From Macrostomum lignano (lineage: Eukaryota): a stretch of 64,000 bases of DNA. The DNA is taken from assembly GCA_002269645.1 (NCBI GenBank), contig NIVC01001888.1, positions 124,001 through 188,000 on the forward strand, read 5' to 3'. The notes below the pieces were generated by a model. That model did no database searches, was not told the DNA's origin, and worked only from the letters and a program-made list of their open reading frames with translations. Shown here piece by piece: positions 33,745 to 46,117 of the stretch (positions within the stretch are counted from its first letter, which is position 1; the number at the start of each line of letters is the position of its first letter). Made by a program: the position numbers and the translations under genes.

Positions 33745-33872
33745 ACAGACAGACAGACAGACAGATAGACAGACAAACAGATGGGCAGACAAACAGACAG
33801 AAGACAGACAGACAGACAGACAGGCAGGCAGACAGACAGACAGGCAGGCAGGCAGAAGACAGGCAGACAGGC

Positions 33873-33945
<73 letters not shown>

Positions 33946-34030
33946 GGCAGGCAGACAGACAGACAGGCAGGCAGGCAGAAGACAGGCAGACAGGCAGACA
34001 GACAGGCAGACAGACAGGCAGGTAGACAGA
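33745..34030. repeat. (GACA)n / (GGCA)n compound microsatellite just 3' of PRPF19
   Basis: Read directly. Confidence 0.95.
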
Positions 34031-34033
34031 GGC

Positions 34034-37000
34034 TCAGTCAGAGCCGCAGCCGAACACTTTGAGGCTGCGGTCAAGCGAGCAGCTGACAATGGACCGGGCG
34101 TTGGTGCCGAAGCGCAGTCCAGTGACGGCGGCGGTGTGGTTGTCCAGCATGCAGAGCTCGTTGAACTGCTTGGTGTGGTACAGCCGGATGTCGCCGCCGC
34201 CAGCGGCCAGGTAAGTGCCGGAGTGATCGAAGGCCAGGGCCCTGGCGTGAGAGCTGGCCGGGCCGGAAGGCTGGCCGGATTCGGAGCCGCCCAGCTGCAG
34301 CACCTTGAAGTTCTTGAGCTTGCGCAGATCCCACAGCCGGACTGTGGAGTCCTCGGCGGCCGTGGCCAGGTAATAGCCGTTCTCAGAGAAGGCAAGCGCC
34401 GTCAACGGGGCGGTGTGCTGCTCAAAGTTCGTTAAGAACTTTTGCTCGCGAAGGTCCCACATTTTGACCTTGAAATTGGAATTCGTATAAGATAATTGTA
34501 TTATTCATAACCGTGGGGTCTGATCAAGCCGAGTGGAGACAGATTAGAGATGGGAGGGGAATGCAGACACAGATTAGAGATGGGAGGGGAGTGCAGACAC
34601 AGATTAGAGATGGGAGGGGAGTGCAGACACAGATTAGAGATGGGAGGGGAGTGCAGACACAGATTAGAGATAGGAGGGGAATGCAGACACAGATTAGAGA
34701 TGGGAGGGGAATGCAGACACAGATTAGAGATGGGAGGGGAATGCAGACACAGATTAGAGATGGGAGGGGAATGCAGACACAGATTAGAGATGGGAGGGGA
34801 ATGCAGACACAGATTAGAGATGGGAGGGGAATGCAGACACAGATTAGAGATGGGAGGGGAATGCAGACACAGATTAGAGATGGGAGGGGAGTGCAGACAC
34901 AGATTAGAGATGGGAGGGGAGTGCAGACACAGATTAGAGATGGGAGGGGAGTGCAGACACAGATTAGAGATGGGAGGGGAGTGCAGACACAGATTAGAGA
35001 TGGGAGGGGAATGCAGACACAGATTAGAGATGGGAGGGGAATGCAGACACAGATTAGAGATGGGAGGGGAGTGCAGACACAGATTAGAGATGGGAGGGGA
35101 ATGCAGACACAGATTAGAGATGGGAGGGGAATGCAGACACAGATTAGAGATGGGAGGGGAGTGCAGACACAGATTAGAGATGGGAGGGGAATGCAGACAC
35201 AGATTAGAGATGGGAGGGGAATGCAGACACAGATTAGAGATGGGAGGGGAGTGCAGACACAGATTAGAGATGGGAGGGGAATGCAGACGCACAGAGCGGA
35301 GGGGAGGGGAATTCAGACACACAGAGCGGAGGGGAGGGGAATGCAGACACACAGAGCGGAGGGGAGGGGAATGCAGACACACAGAGCGGAGGGGAGGGGA
35401 ATTCAGACACACAGAGCGGAGGGGAGGGGAATGCAGACACACAGAGCGGAGGGGAGGGGAATGCAGACACACAGAGCGGAGGGGAGGGGAATGCAGACAC
35501 ACAGAGCGGAGGGGAGGGGAATGCAGACACACAGAGCGGAGGGGAGGGGAATGCAGACACACAGAGCGGAGGGGAGGGGAATGCAGACACACAGAGCGGA
35601 GGGGAGGGGAATGCAGACACACAGAGCGGAGACGGGAGGGGAATGCAGACACACAGAGCGGAGGGGAGGGGAATGCAGACACACAGAGCGGAGACGGGAG
35701 GGGAATGCAGACACACAGAGCGGAGGGGAGGGGAATGCAGACACACAGAGCGGAGGGGAGGGGAATGCAGACACACAGAGCGGAGGGGAGGGGAATGCAG
35801 ACACACAGAGCGGAGGGGAGGGGATTGCAGGCCAACAACACTAGCGGATCAGTGCCTGCAACGCCCCTAATGGAATGGAACAATCAGATCCAATAAGACG
35901 CACCTGCGCATCCTGGGTGCCGGTGGCGGCAATCATGCCGTCCGGATGCAGCTGGGCGCAGGTGAGCGGCTGCTGTCCGGCCGGATCGGCCACTCGGACC
36001 AGCAGGCGGCCGGCGCGGATGTCGGCAAATGCCCAAGTGCCGTCGCGCGAGCCGGACAGCAGGAAGTCGCCAGTCGGATGAACGGAGAGGGCGGTGACGG
36101 CGTCCTCGTGGGCGCGCAGCTGGAATTAGGCGGGGAAATTGAAGGTAAAAAATGCACACGCGAGACAAGTGATTAATGCATATGCATTTGGCATAGAGGC
36201 AATGATGATCAGGGAGAAAATAGCAACCGACAGCTCAGCCGCAGCTATTGCGCAGCGCATCTGAAGGCTGCATACGGCTGTTCAGTCCAAGGTCTGGGGG
36301 GTCGCCACACACACATTCAATTACCCCAACTAAAGCTGGCACCATTTTACAGCTGGATGAACTGAAGCAATGCAGAGTTAAAGTGTCTCGCTCAAGGACA
36401 CAAATTGTTCCAGTGAGATCAGGAATCGAACCCCCGACCTTCAAGTCGTGAGCCCGACGCTCTAACCGCTAGGCTACAACCCCTCCCAAACCAAAAACCA
36501 AAAAGAAATCATCATTAGAATACAAACCTGGGTGCGCACCGCCGCAGTGCGCGGATCCCACACTAGCACTAGAGAGTCCTGACCGCCGGTGAACACTAGA
36601 TCCTCCTCGTAGGGGTGATAGGCCACCGAGGTGACCTTCTTAGTGTGTCCGTGCAGCACGCAGACCAGCTGTTGCGCATCTGTGTTGAACACCGCGGCAG
36701 TTTTATCGTTGCCGCCGGTGACAACCCGGGCTGGATTGGCCAGGAAGGCGTCCAGACAGAGGATCCCCGGATTAGAGGCCGAGTGCAGGCCGATGTGGCT
36801 GGCCAGCTGCCTGTAGGCCGACACCAACTCCACTGAGCACAGGCCTTCGGGCGCCGATTTGCCTCGCTGCTTGCGCTGCGCAGTGAGCTCCTTGGCCTTC
36901 TGCTCCAGTCGGCCCGTGACAGCGTCTGACATGCCGGATGGTTCCTCTAGTGCGGCCGCTGCGGCAACCGCGGCCGTGGCCTGCTGGGCATCGCCGGCAG

Positions 37001-38347
37001 CGTGCTCCGGCGTCGGCGGCGGGTGCTGCGGTGTGGCTGCGGCCGAGCCCATCGGCTGTTGGGTCGTCTGCGGCTTCAACGTGGCGAGCGCCTCGCGAGC
37101 GGCCGTGACCTCCTTGGTGAGGCGGGCGATAACGCGACAGGCGGCGTCGTGCTGAGTTGTGCGAGCGCGTGTGGGAGAGGGGTGTGAGATAGTGAGGAAT
37201 AAAGTGGACTGTATGCTCGTATATCCGAAATATCCCTAAATCCAAATTTTAGAGTTAATATGTTTCATTTTTATTTCAAATCTAATTCTGCATTCCAGAA
37301 TTTATGATCGTCTTGTTAATAATCCAGATTTCAGGCGCCAGATCCCAGATCCCAGATCTCAGATCCCAGATCCCAGATCTCAGATCCCAGATTTCAGATT
37401 TCAGATCTCAGATCCCAGATCCTCAGATCCCAGATCCCAGATCTCAGATCCCAGATCTCAGATCCCAGATCTCAGATCCCAGATCTCAGATCCCAGATCT
37501 CAGATCCCAGATCTCAGATCCCAGATCTCAGATCCCAGATCTCAGATCCCAGATCCCAGATCTCAGATCCCAGATCTCAGATCCCAGATCTCAGATCCCA
37601 GATCTCAGATCCCAGATCTCAGATCCCAGATCTCAGATCCCAGATCTCAGATCCCAGATCTCAGATCCCAGATCTCAGATCCCAGATCTCAGATCCCAGA
37701 TCTCAGATCCCAGATCTCAGATCCCAGATCTCAGATCCCAGATCTCAGATCCCAGATCTCAGATCCCAGATCTCAGATCCCAGATCTCAGATCCCAGATC
37801 TCAGATCCCAGATCTCAGATCCCAGATCTCAGATCCCAGATCTCAGATCCCAGATCTCAGATCCCAGATCTCAGATCCCAGATCTCAGATCCCAGATCTC
37901 AGATCCCAGATCTCAGATCCCAGATCTCAGATCCCAGATCTCAGATCCCAGATCTCAGATCCCAGATCTCAGATCCCAGACCCCAGCTCTCAGTTCCTAA
38001 ATAAAGATTTATGAAATCACCTGGTACATAGTCTGGGACAGCTCCTGTCTGGCTGTCTGCAGTTGCTGCCGCAGAGTGAAGGAATGCAGCATAACGGCAT
38101 CCCACTCGTCCTGCAGGGCTTTGAGAATAGCCGGAATGCTGGTGGCGCTGGGCGGTCGCGGCTTGGCAGACGGCGGAACTTTAATGTCAACTAGCTGTTC
38201 AACAGTTAGCGGCTCGCCATTCATGGGGTCGGTGCCGTTCTCTTGAATGTACTTTTCAATTAGGCGGCGTTCGAACACATGGCCGGACACCTGAGAGACG
38301 CAGGGGCTTTCGGGCACCTCCTGGCATATGCTGCAGGTTAGGGACAT
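34034..38347 (-). CDS. PRPF19: Pre-mRNA processing factor 19 (U-box, coiled coil, WD40); 4 exons (38347-38021, 37151-36528, 36119-35904, 34468-34034), 533 aa
   Basis: U-box [34 protein letters not shown], then [52 protein letters not shown], then WD40 repeats. All introns GT-AG, phase 0. Confidence 0.97.
34540..35825. repeat. Two consecutive related 30-bp minisatellites filling PRPF19 intron 3
   Basis: About 25 copies of GCAGACACAGATTAGAGATGGGAGGGGA(A/G)T, then about 18 copies of GCAGACACACAGAGCGGAGGGGAGGGGAAT. Confidence 0.95.
36235..36483 (-). mobile_element. tRNA-derived SINE with conserved central domain, in PRPF19 intron 2
   Basis: A box TAGCCTAGCGG, anticodon-like loop CTCACGA, B box GGTTCGATTCC, then TTGTGTCCTTGAGCGAGACACTT...CATCCAGCTGTAAAATGG resembling the widespread metazoan SINE core. 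No proper acceptor stem. Confidence 0.8.
37335..37985. repeat. 14-bp repeat (GATCCCAGATCTCA)n filling PRPF19 intron 1
   Basis: Read directly; built from two 7-bp subunits. Confidence 0.95.
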
Positions 38348-38409
38348 TTGCTGTCAGTGGCATGCAAGAGGAAGAAGTTTTTATCTTAGGCATAAAATAT
38401 TGTGTACCC

Positions 38410-38690
38410 ATGATATGCCTGAGCATCTGAGGTGGCCCAGCCTGAGCATCTGAGGTGGCCCAGCCTGAGCATCTGAGGTGATGACCCAAATGGAGGATGT
38501 GAGAGAGTGGCCCAGGCTGAGGATCTGAGAGGATGACCCAACTGGAGGATGTGAGAGGGTGGCCCAGCCTGAGCATCTGAGGTGGCGCTGTCTGAGCATG
38601 AGGTGATGACCCAAATGGAGGATGTGAGAGAGTGGCCCAGGCTAGGATCTGAGAGGATGACCCAACTGGAGGATGTGAGAGGGTGGCCCA
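38410..38690. repeat. Composite 23-bp / longer-unit repeat upstream of PRPF19
   Basis: GCCTGAGCATCTGAGGTGGCCCA units, plus repeated GATGACCCAA.TGGAGGATGTGAGAG.GTGGCCCA. Confidence 0.8.
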
Positions 38691-38769
38691 ACCAAACCAA
38701 TCGATGCAAGGGCAGCTCTGCTTGAAACTTCATTTCACCGAGACTATAATCCAGGCCTTTTCAGAATCA

Positions 38770-39235
38770 ATAAAATGCTGTGAAGCGAGTCTGACTGACT
38801 GACTGGGCTACCTGAACCAGATGCAAGAGCGTCAGAGTAGAAAGCTGAGGAACATGAGAACACGATACAGTGAATTGGAAAGAGTGGGTGGCTGATGCCG
38901 GCCAAAAAATAAGGGGATAGAAAGTCTGATAGGGAATAGGCCAGCTAGGGAATAGGCTCTCAAACAAGCGCTTTGGGTAGGACGAAATAGAAGGGAGGAG
39001 AATAGATGTAGGCAACAGAATGGAAGCTTGACGTGGGAGCGATCGTAGCGGACAGAGGCACACCAGGTGTACAGAGGAGGGTGGGTGAAAATCTTTAGAT
39101 CTAGCATGTAGGCGCTGTTGGGGTGGTAGTGAGTGAGCATAGAAAAAATGGAGAGAGGGCGGGTGGAGGGCGAGAAGGAACGCAGCACTGGGTGTGCACT
39201 AAAGCTTGCTGGTCGCTGAACACCCACCCTGGCCT
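38770..39235 (-). mobile_element. Possible decayed LINE 3' fragment (I/Nimb-like)
   Basis: Weak protein-level resemblance only (LTH...PPL...C...H...C). Confidence 0.2.
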
Positions 39236-39554
39236 GGACCCCCGCTAATGGAACGCGCTCTCAAATTTGCACACCTATAGAAAAGACTGCTAATACAATC
39301 TCGTGTTGGCTCTGCGGTTTTTTCTCGCACACTCTCCTCTATCTTATTATTTTACAACAATCTCTGGGTAGCCTGCAGACTAGCCAGACATTTAATTATC
39401 TTTAAAAAAACTTTGCAGCCATATGCTTGCATACCAATGCCTTAAAGATTGAGCTGTGCTCGAGTAAAAAAAAGCGCTAAGTAGCCGGCTCGTTGCGTCT
39501 TGTAAAAAGTAGATACAAATAGCGGTTTAAACCGGCTAAACTCGACTGGTAGAA

Positions 39555-42449
39555 ATGGAAGACAGCAGCGCCATGGACTTGTCGTTGCCAAGCGGAAGCG
39601 ATTCGATGCAAAACGTCAGCAGCAATCAGGAGTCATCCTACATACCAATTAACTGTTTAGGCAAAGGCGCTTTTGGCGAGGCATGGCTCTATAGGTAATT
39701 TTTTACTCCCTTTGAATGTGTAAAAGCTTTATATAGCTATAGATTTAAGCACCATAACCAAACCAAGACTTTCACCAACACAGAAAAACGGAAGAGAACG
39801 AAGAGCAGCTAGTGGTTTGGAAGATGATCAACCTGACCGGACTAGACGAGAGGCGAAGACGAGAAGCGCAAAATGAAATCGACGTATTGCACATGCTCGA
39901 CCATCCGAACATAGTAGCTTATTACAATCATTTCTTTGACGGCAACATACTACTAATAGAGATGGAATACGCCAATGGAGGATCGCTTTATCAGTTTATT
40001 GGCCAGTGCAACTCGCTGCTCAAAGAGGAAACTATAATTTGGTACTTCTTCCAGATGACAATGGCAATTCGGCACATTCACGAAGCCAGCATACTGCACA
40101 GGGATATTAAAACATTAAATATCTTCCTGACCAAGGCGGGCTTGATCAAACTGGGCGATTTCGGCATTGCCAAGGTACTGGGCAGCGATGAGATGGCAGA
40201 GACGTGCCAGGGCACGCCGTACTACATGTCGCCTGAACTAGTACAAGGCAAGCGGTACAACTACAAAAGCGATATTTGGGCGCTCGGCTGTGTGCTATTT
40301 GAACTTCTGACTCTAAAGCGCGCATTCGATGCCACTAATCAACTGAAGTTAGCGCAGAACATTGTGCACACTGAGATTAGCCTATCCCTGGTGGATGAAA
40401 GCTATTCGGTCCAGCTGAAGGCGCTGCTCGGTGCTACACTGAGCAAAGAGCCGGAGGCGCGACCGTCGGCTAGCGAGATTCTAATAAATAAACTTTTTTC
40501 GGACGGCGAACGGATGCAGTCGCGTGTGCGCGAACTTCAACAGCAGAGCCGGCTGGCGAGGCCATCCAGCGCTGGTACCGACACAACGCCAGTAGTTACG
40601 TCCAAGACAACTGAAGTATTCTATTGGGGCGGCGGTAAGCAGACTCCAATAAAGATCGAACAGTTTGAGCGACAGAACAGCGCACTCCAGGTGGCTACGG
40701 GTAGTCACCACATGGCGGTAGTCACAATAGAGCGCGAGGTGTTCACTTGGTGTAACGTGCAGGGCTGCGCTAAACTTTGTGGCCAACTAGGCCATGGTGA
40801 TCTGGCCTCCTATCGGACACCAAAAAAAGTGGAAAAGCTAAACGGAGTGCCAATCGAAGAGGCTCGCTGCGGTGACGAATTCACAGTGCTGCGCACCGTT
40901 GAAGGCCAACTGTACGCATGCGGATCCAACTATCACGGCTGTCTCGGCGTGCCGCGCGAACAGCTAGAAGAGGAGACGGGCGACTCAGATCAGGCCCTAG
41001 AGCCTGTGCCCGTCCCTTTCTTTCTCAACCTGGAGGTGAAACGAGTAGCCTGCGGCGATGCCCATGTGCTGGCGGTGACGCGCCAATCGGAGGTGTTCGC
41101 CTGGGGCTGCGGCGAGTTCGGCCGGCTGGGGCTGAACGGCGAGGACAACTACGACACGCCGCAGCCGGTCAGCCTGCCAGTGAAACGGCAGCTTATAGTC
41201 GGCGCTTGCTGCGGCTCGGACGGCAGCTTTTTACTAACTGATGGAGGCCGAGTGCTCGCCTGCGGCAGCAATGAGCACAACAAACTCGGCTTTAATAGCG
41301 TCGCCAAGGGACTAACAGCAGCTAATTCTACCTGCAGTTTTGACACTCCATGCGTTCACACGTTCAAGGTGGTGAAACCGCTGACAAAATATCGCGTGCG
41401 CCAGTTAAGCTGCGGTCGATCGCACACAGCGGCTATCGACGATTGCAACCAGTTGCTCATGTTCGGCTCCAATCGGATGGGCGAACTTGGCCTAGGAGAG
41501 ATGCGGCACAGAAACGGCGTATTTAATATTGGCCGAGCTTGCGGTGGTAAGCGCTTCCTACGAGTGGCCTGCGGTGACGGGTTCACTGTTGCCTGCACAA
41601 CGGACAATCACATCTATAGCTGGGGCAGGGCAGACAACGGCCGACTAGGCATTGAACTACAGGCAGCGAGCCTGCTCAATATGAACAAAGCCTCGGCCTC
41701 AGCGTGCGTCTCAACGCCGAGACCAATGTTCGGCTCGCTGCACCTGGTGGCCGATATCTCCAGCCGGCACTGGCACAGCCTCATGATTGCAGAGCGGGTG
41801 AGTTTGACGAGTTTGACGTTGGACAATAAGATTTACAAGTCTGTGAGAGTGCAGGCTGAGGGATCAGTACCTGAAAACCCATAGCCCACTCCCTGCAAAC
41901 AAACAAGCTAACCGATCCCCACACAACTCAAATCAGGTTCTGGAGCAGCGCACAGTCAGACGAGGCGGCGGTCGAACACAAGCCGGCGTGTCGGCATCAT
42001 CGGCGGCGAGAAGCGCCGGCTCGACCCTGGATGACTTGTCCTCGCTGCCAGCCGATGACGAGCAGCAGCAAGTATCGTCGGCAAGCCTAGGCGTCACAGA
42101 TAGCGTCGACGGTGGGAACAGTGGCGCCAGCAGCGCTAACAGAGGCGCCGGCCTGGATGGAACAGACACCTGCCCTAGCTGGCTGGCAGCCGAGCTGCAG
42201 CAGGCGGAGTTCATACCAATGGATAACGAAGGTGGAGGAGGATTAGGAGTAGCAGCGGCGGCAGCATCAGACGGCGGCCTTGACGAACAAACACCAGAGC
42301 TAACTCCGCGCTGCAATTGCAACTGCCACTGTCACAGCCTAATTGGCCTAAAGGATCAGGAGATTGCCAGACTACAAGCGGAAGTAGCAAGACTGATGGC
42401 GCAGCTTAGCAAAGGAGACGAAAAAAACAATGGTGGATCAATGGATTGA
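39555..42449 (+). CDS. NEK9: NIMA-related kinase with RCC1 repeats, NEK9-like; 3 exons (39555-39694, 39784-41797, 41937-42449), 888 aa
   Basis: [42 protein letters not shown]1 repeats ([22 protein letters not shown]). C-terminal [17 protein letters not shown] and a coiled coil as in NEK9. Splice phases are consistent. Confidence 0.93.
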
Positions 42450-43820
42450 GACAATTCTTCTGACACAGTAAAAACACATCACAAATTGATTAGCCTCTAA
42501 AACTAGTCTTGAATGTTAAATTACTGTTTTAGGGCCTTCCCTCACTAAACTGAAAAGAACTGAAAGTGTTAACATATACTAGCTTTAAAAATGTCTTGGC
42601 TTATGTATAAATAAAGCATATGTGCCTTATATAACAAAAACCTGTCTGGGATTGTTTATTTATAGAAAAATGTTCACTTGATTAACCTAAAAACACATTA
42701 AATTTCATTGATAGATTATAGAAATTTGCAAGTTAATAACCATTTAATCATAAGCTTTTGTAGTTCTTAATAAAAAGTTAAAACCAAAGGTCAAAACATT
42801 TGTGTATAAAAATGTATATTTTTTATATTGAATAACATTTAAAAATCAAATATTAATCATTTAGTCCAATGCACCAATATTTTAACTGATTAATTCATAA
42901 TGCATATGAGCAACTCCACAAGAAGTGGACACCTTCAAAGAAATGGAAATCTCCAGATTACATCTAAACTAATAAAGATATTTAAAAATGGCTATTTTAT
43001 ACTATTTTATAAGAAATATCTATACATAAAAAGCCGATTTATGATTCTAGATTGATTGATTGCTAATTGCCAAATAAGGGTCTTATAGCATTATATGTAC
43101 ATTAGTTAAAATTAGCACAAAATTTAAGCAAAAATTTTATGACTTTGACAAACTATTATTATTCATTATTTCTAGCCTTTGTCTTTAAATGTTAGCAAAA
43201 GAACAATGAAGATCTCTCCTATTGAATTGAATGCATTGGAGATAAAGCTAAAATATAACTGAATTTTAAAAAATTCAATTTGTTGAAAATTGAGGAACAA
43301 ATCCAGTATGACCAGGATGCTACAACCAAGATATTAGAAAAATAATATCATAGTAATCAAAGACTTAAAAATGATTATCTGTCTTTCTAAAACAATTTAA
43401 TTGATTGTTTATGCTATAAATCTTTAATATTTTTTATCAATAAACTTGATATATTTAGTAACATAAAAGTAAAAAAACTATTTAACAGTAGGAATACCAA
43501 GCTATTTTTCTGACCATCAAACTACCAAGAGGAAGAAACCCCCCCTGACAATTTTTTGCTGCACTAGAATGGAGCACTGCAGGCACATGAAACTAAAGAA
43601 CATGGGTTAACTTTTTTGTTGCACACCTTCTCAAACAAGAATCAAGTTTCCAGCCCTCCAGACCATCAAGATATTTGACAATACTGCCAGAAGTTTGGAC
43701 TTTTCCCATAAGCGCTAGTGTATTCAGTATACCCATGTGTGCCAATCAGCACTGCGCCTCAGTGCAACCTTGCCAGACCTCCAAATTTCATTAGCACATC
43801 AAACACGTGTGTCTACATCA

Positions 43821-44580
43821 GCTCTGACTTTGTTGGTAACTGGCCTTCACCCAGGTGGAGTTTCTGGACCTTCAACAGGTAATACCAGGTCACTATGGGC
43901 ATGCTGATACAAATTTCTCAAGTTCCGCTGATCAAGCCTCAATAGTAGACAAGCCTTAACTGCTGGACATCTTCAGCTAGTCTCTCAAGCATTAAGTCAT
44001 CACCTTGATGCTGTTGCCAACATCACCTTCAACAGATTACACTTGGTGACTATAAGCACCCTGATGCAATGCGAATTTCTCTAGTTTCATTGATGAAGCC
44101 TTGATAGTAGGCAAAAATCTACTGCTGGATATCCTTAGCTAGTCTCTTGAGCATTCAGTCATCATCCCAATGCTATCAGCACCTTCAATAGATAATACCA
44201 GGTGACTATGGACCTCTTATTACAACTATGTCAGGTTTTTCTTATCAAGCTTCAATAATAGGCAAAACTCAACTGCCAGATATCCTCAGCTAGTCTCTCA
44301 AGCATTCTGTCATCACCCTGACACTATCAGTACCTTCAACAGAATATACCAAATGACTATAAGCCTGGTTTCATCTGTTAAAGGTGCTGACAGCATTGGG
44401 GTGATAACTTAATGCTTGAGAGACTAGCTGAGGATGTCCAGCAGTTGAGGCTTGCCCACTGTTGAGGCTTGATCAGCAAAACTAGAGAAATTCATAGAGT
44501 GTTCATAGTCACCTGGTGCCACCTGTTGAAGGTCCAGAAGCTCCATCTTAGTGAAGACCAGTGATCAACAAAGTCAGAGC
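43821..44580. repeat. About 155-bp unit in 3+ tandem copies followed by an inverted copy (fold-back structure)
   Basis: ACCTTCAA(C/T)AG unit starts at 43868, 44025, 44181 and 44332. 44375-44580 is a diverged reverse complement of about 43821-44040. Confidence 0.75.
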
Positions 44581-45106
44581 TTATTGCTAAGCTACCAAGT
44601 TGTTGCAGGGCTAAACTTCTCTTTTTAAATCTTAATTGCTATCACCAAATTATAATAGTGCTTTCTGTTCTATCTTCTAAAATATTTAAGTGATCCTACC
44701 AATGTTGCTGCAGGCCTTTCAGCTGTTTGTATAATTATATCTATCAAAAGTTATAATAGAGATTACTTCTACCATAATAAAAACCCTATTAATGTCATTA
44801 TAGTTATGGTAGATTATAGTTCATCTCTGGGTGTAGGTCTTAAGAATACTAAGTATTAGACTAAGTATAGGTCTAAGTATTAGTCTGAGTATATATCTGA
44901 GTATATTTCTTATTCCTTACTAGTAGCATTTTTATTCTGTAATAGTAGTGTACTAGTATTATTAGTAGGCCTGAGTGGTATATTACTATTACCAGTATGT
45001 TATAATGTTATAAGAATAGTACAATATTAGAACTTAGCTAAAAGCTTAAATAAATATAGTTTTTTTTACTTTAGTCAATAGATACTAGAATCTTAGGCTC
45101 TTATAC

Positions 45107-46117
45107 TGAAATAGATGGGGGTTTTCTCGGGTGGCCTGGTAGGTCTTTGAATCCCACCGCTGCCACCAGTGAAGTGCTTTGCTATTTGCTTCCCGGATTA
45201 GGCCCTTGCAGATTACCTTAAACCTTGAGCCTCTTCAGTGGGAAGTTCTCTCAACTCTCAGTAGCGTAGGTAGTGCTGCCACCAGTTCCTTCAGGTCTCG
45301 GCCTTCGATGAGGTGAGCTTCCCGTCGGAACAAAATAAACAAGTCAACGAACTCAGCACAGCATGCAGATTTGCAGATTAATGAACAAGGCGTCCTGATC
45401 AGCAGGTCCCCGCTGGGCTCAGGGGTGGCTGGGAAGGCAGTGTTAGCCTCCCTTAGGCTTGGGCTTTAGCGGGGTCTGTCAGACCAGTACAAACAGATTC
45501 AGTACGCAAAGGGCAGTTAGTTAGACACTGATGCACACGGGATCTTAGTGAATTCTCTGCAGATAAGAAGCCAATTCCTTGACGGAAACAAGGGGAGAGG
45601 GGTCCTATTTATAGCCGGGAAACACCCACGCACAAGACCTTGTGACTTGTTCTATTTTTAGAACTGATGTCATTTGAGATCTCGAGGCAGGGTCTCAGTG
45701 TGCACAAGACCTCGTGACTCGTTCTATTTTTAGAACTGACGTCACTTGAGGTCTCCGGCCAGAGTACACGTGGCTGTGACTCAGTTGTTATTTTTAGCAA
45801 CATGAGTCACTCCTCTCCTTAGAGAAGGGAGGGGTCCGAAAGCATGTGATTTTCCTGGTAATGTTTACTGCACTTTAGGACTCGAAGAACGCAGAGTCTG
45901 TCATGTGACTTGCTCACATGACAGAGGACAACGGGACGGGAACAAAACAGAGACAGCCCACAGCAGAGAAGCTGAGGGCTGAGAACAGAGACGCAGAAGG
46001 GCAGAACAGGCCAAGGGCAGCAACAGACGGGCCAAGGGGGGCGGGAAGCTGACCAGCGGCAGACAGCAACCCAGGGCGAGGGCGAGGGAGACTGCTGACA
46101 AAGTGGGATGCCTAACA
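45107..46117 (-). mobile_element. Probable solo LTR
   Basis: Minus strand begins TGTTAGG, contains two tandem ~70-bp enhancer-like repeats (about 45630-45765, one with TGACGTCA), then TATAAATA (45606-45613), and ends ...TTTCA. GC-richer than its flanks. No TSD found. Confidence 0.4.

Noticed and set aside
34501-35896. Long 440-460 aa repeat ORFs
   Set aside because: Stop-free 30-bp minisatellite lying inside a well-defined PRPF19 intron.
36412-36483. Functional tRNA-Val(CAC) gene
   Set aside because: The acceptor stem does not pair, and the sequence continues into a SINE core.
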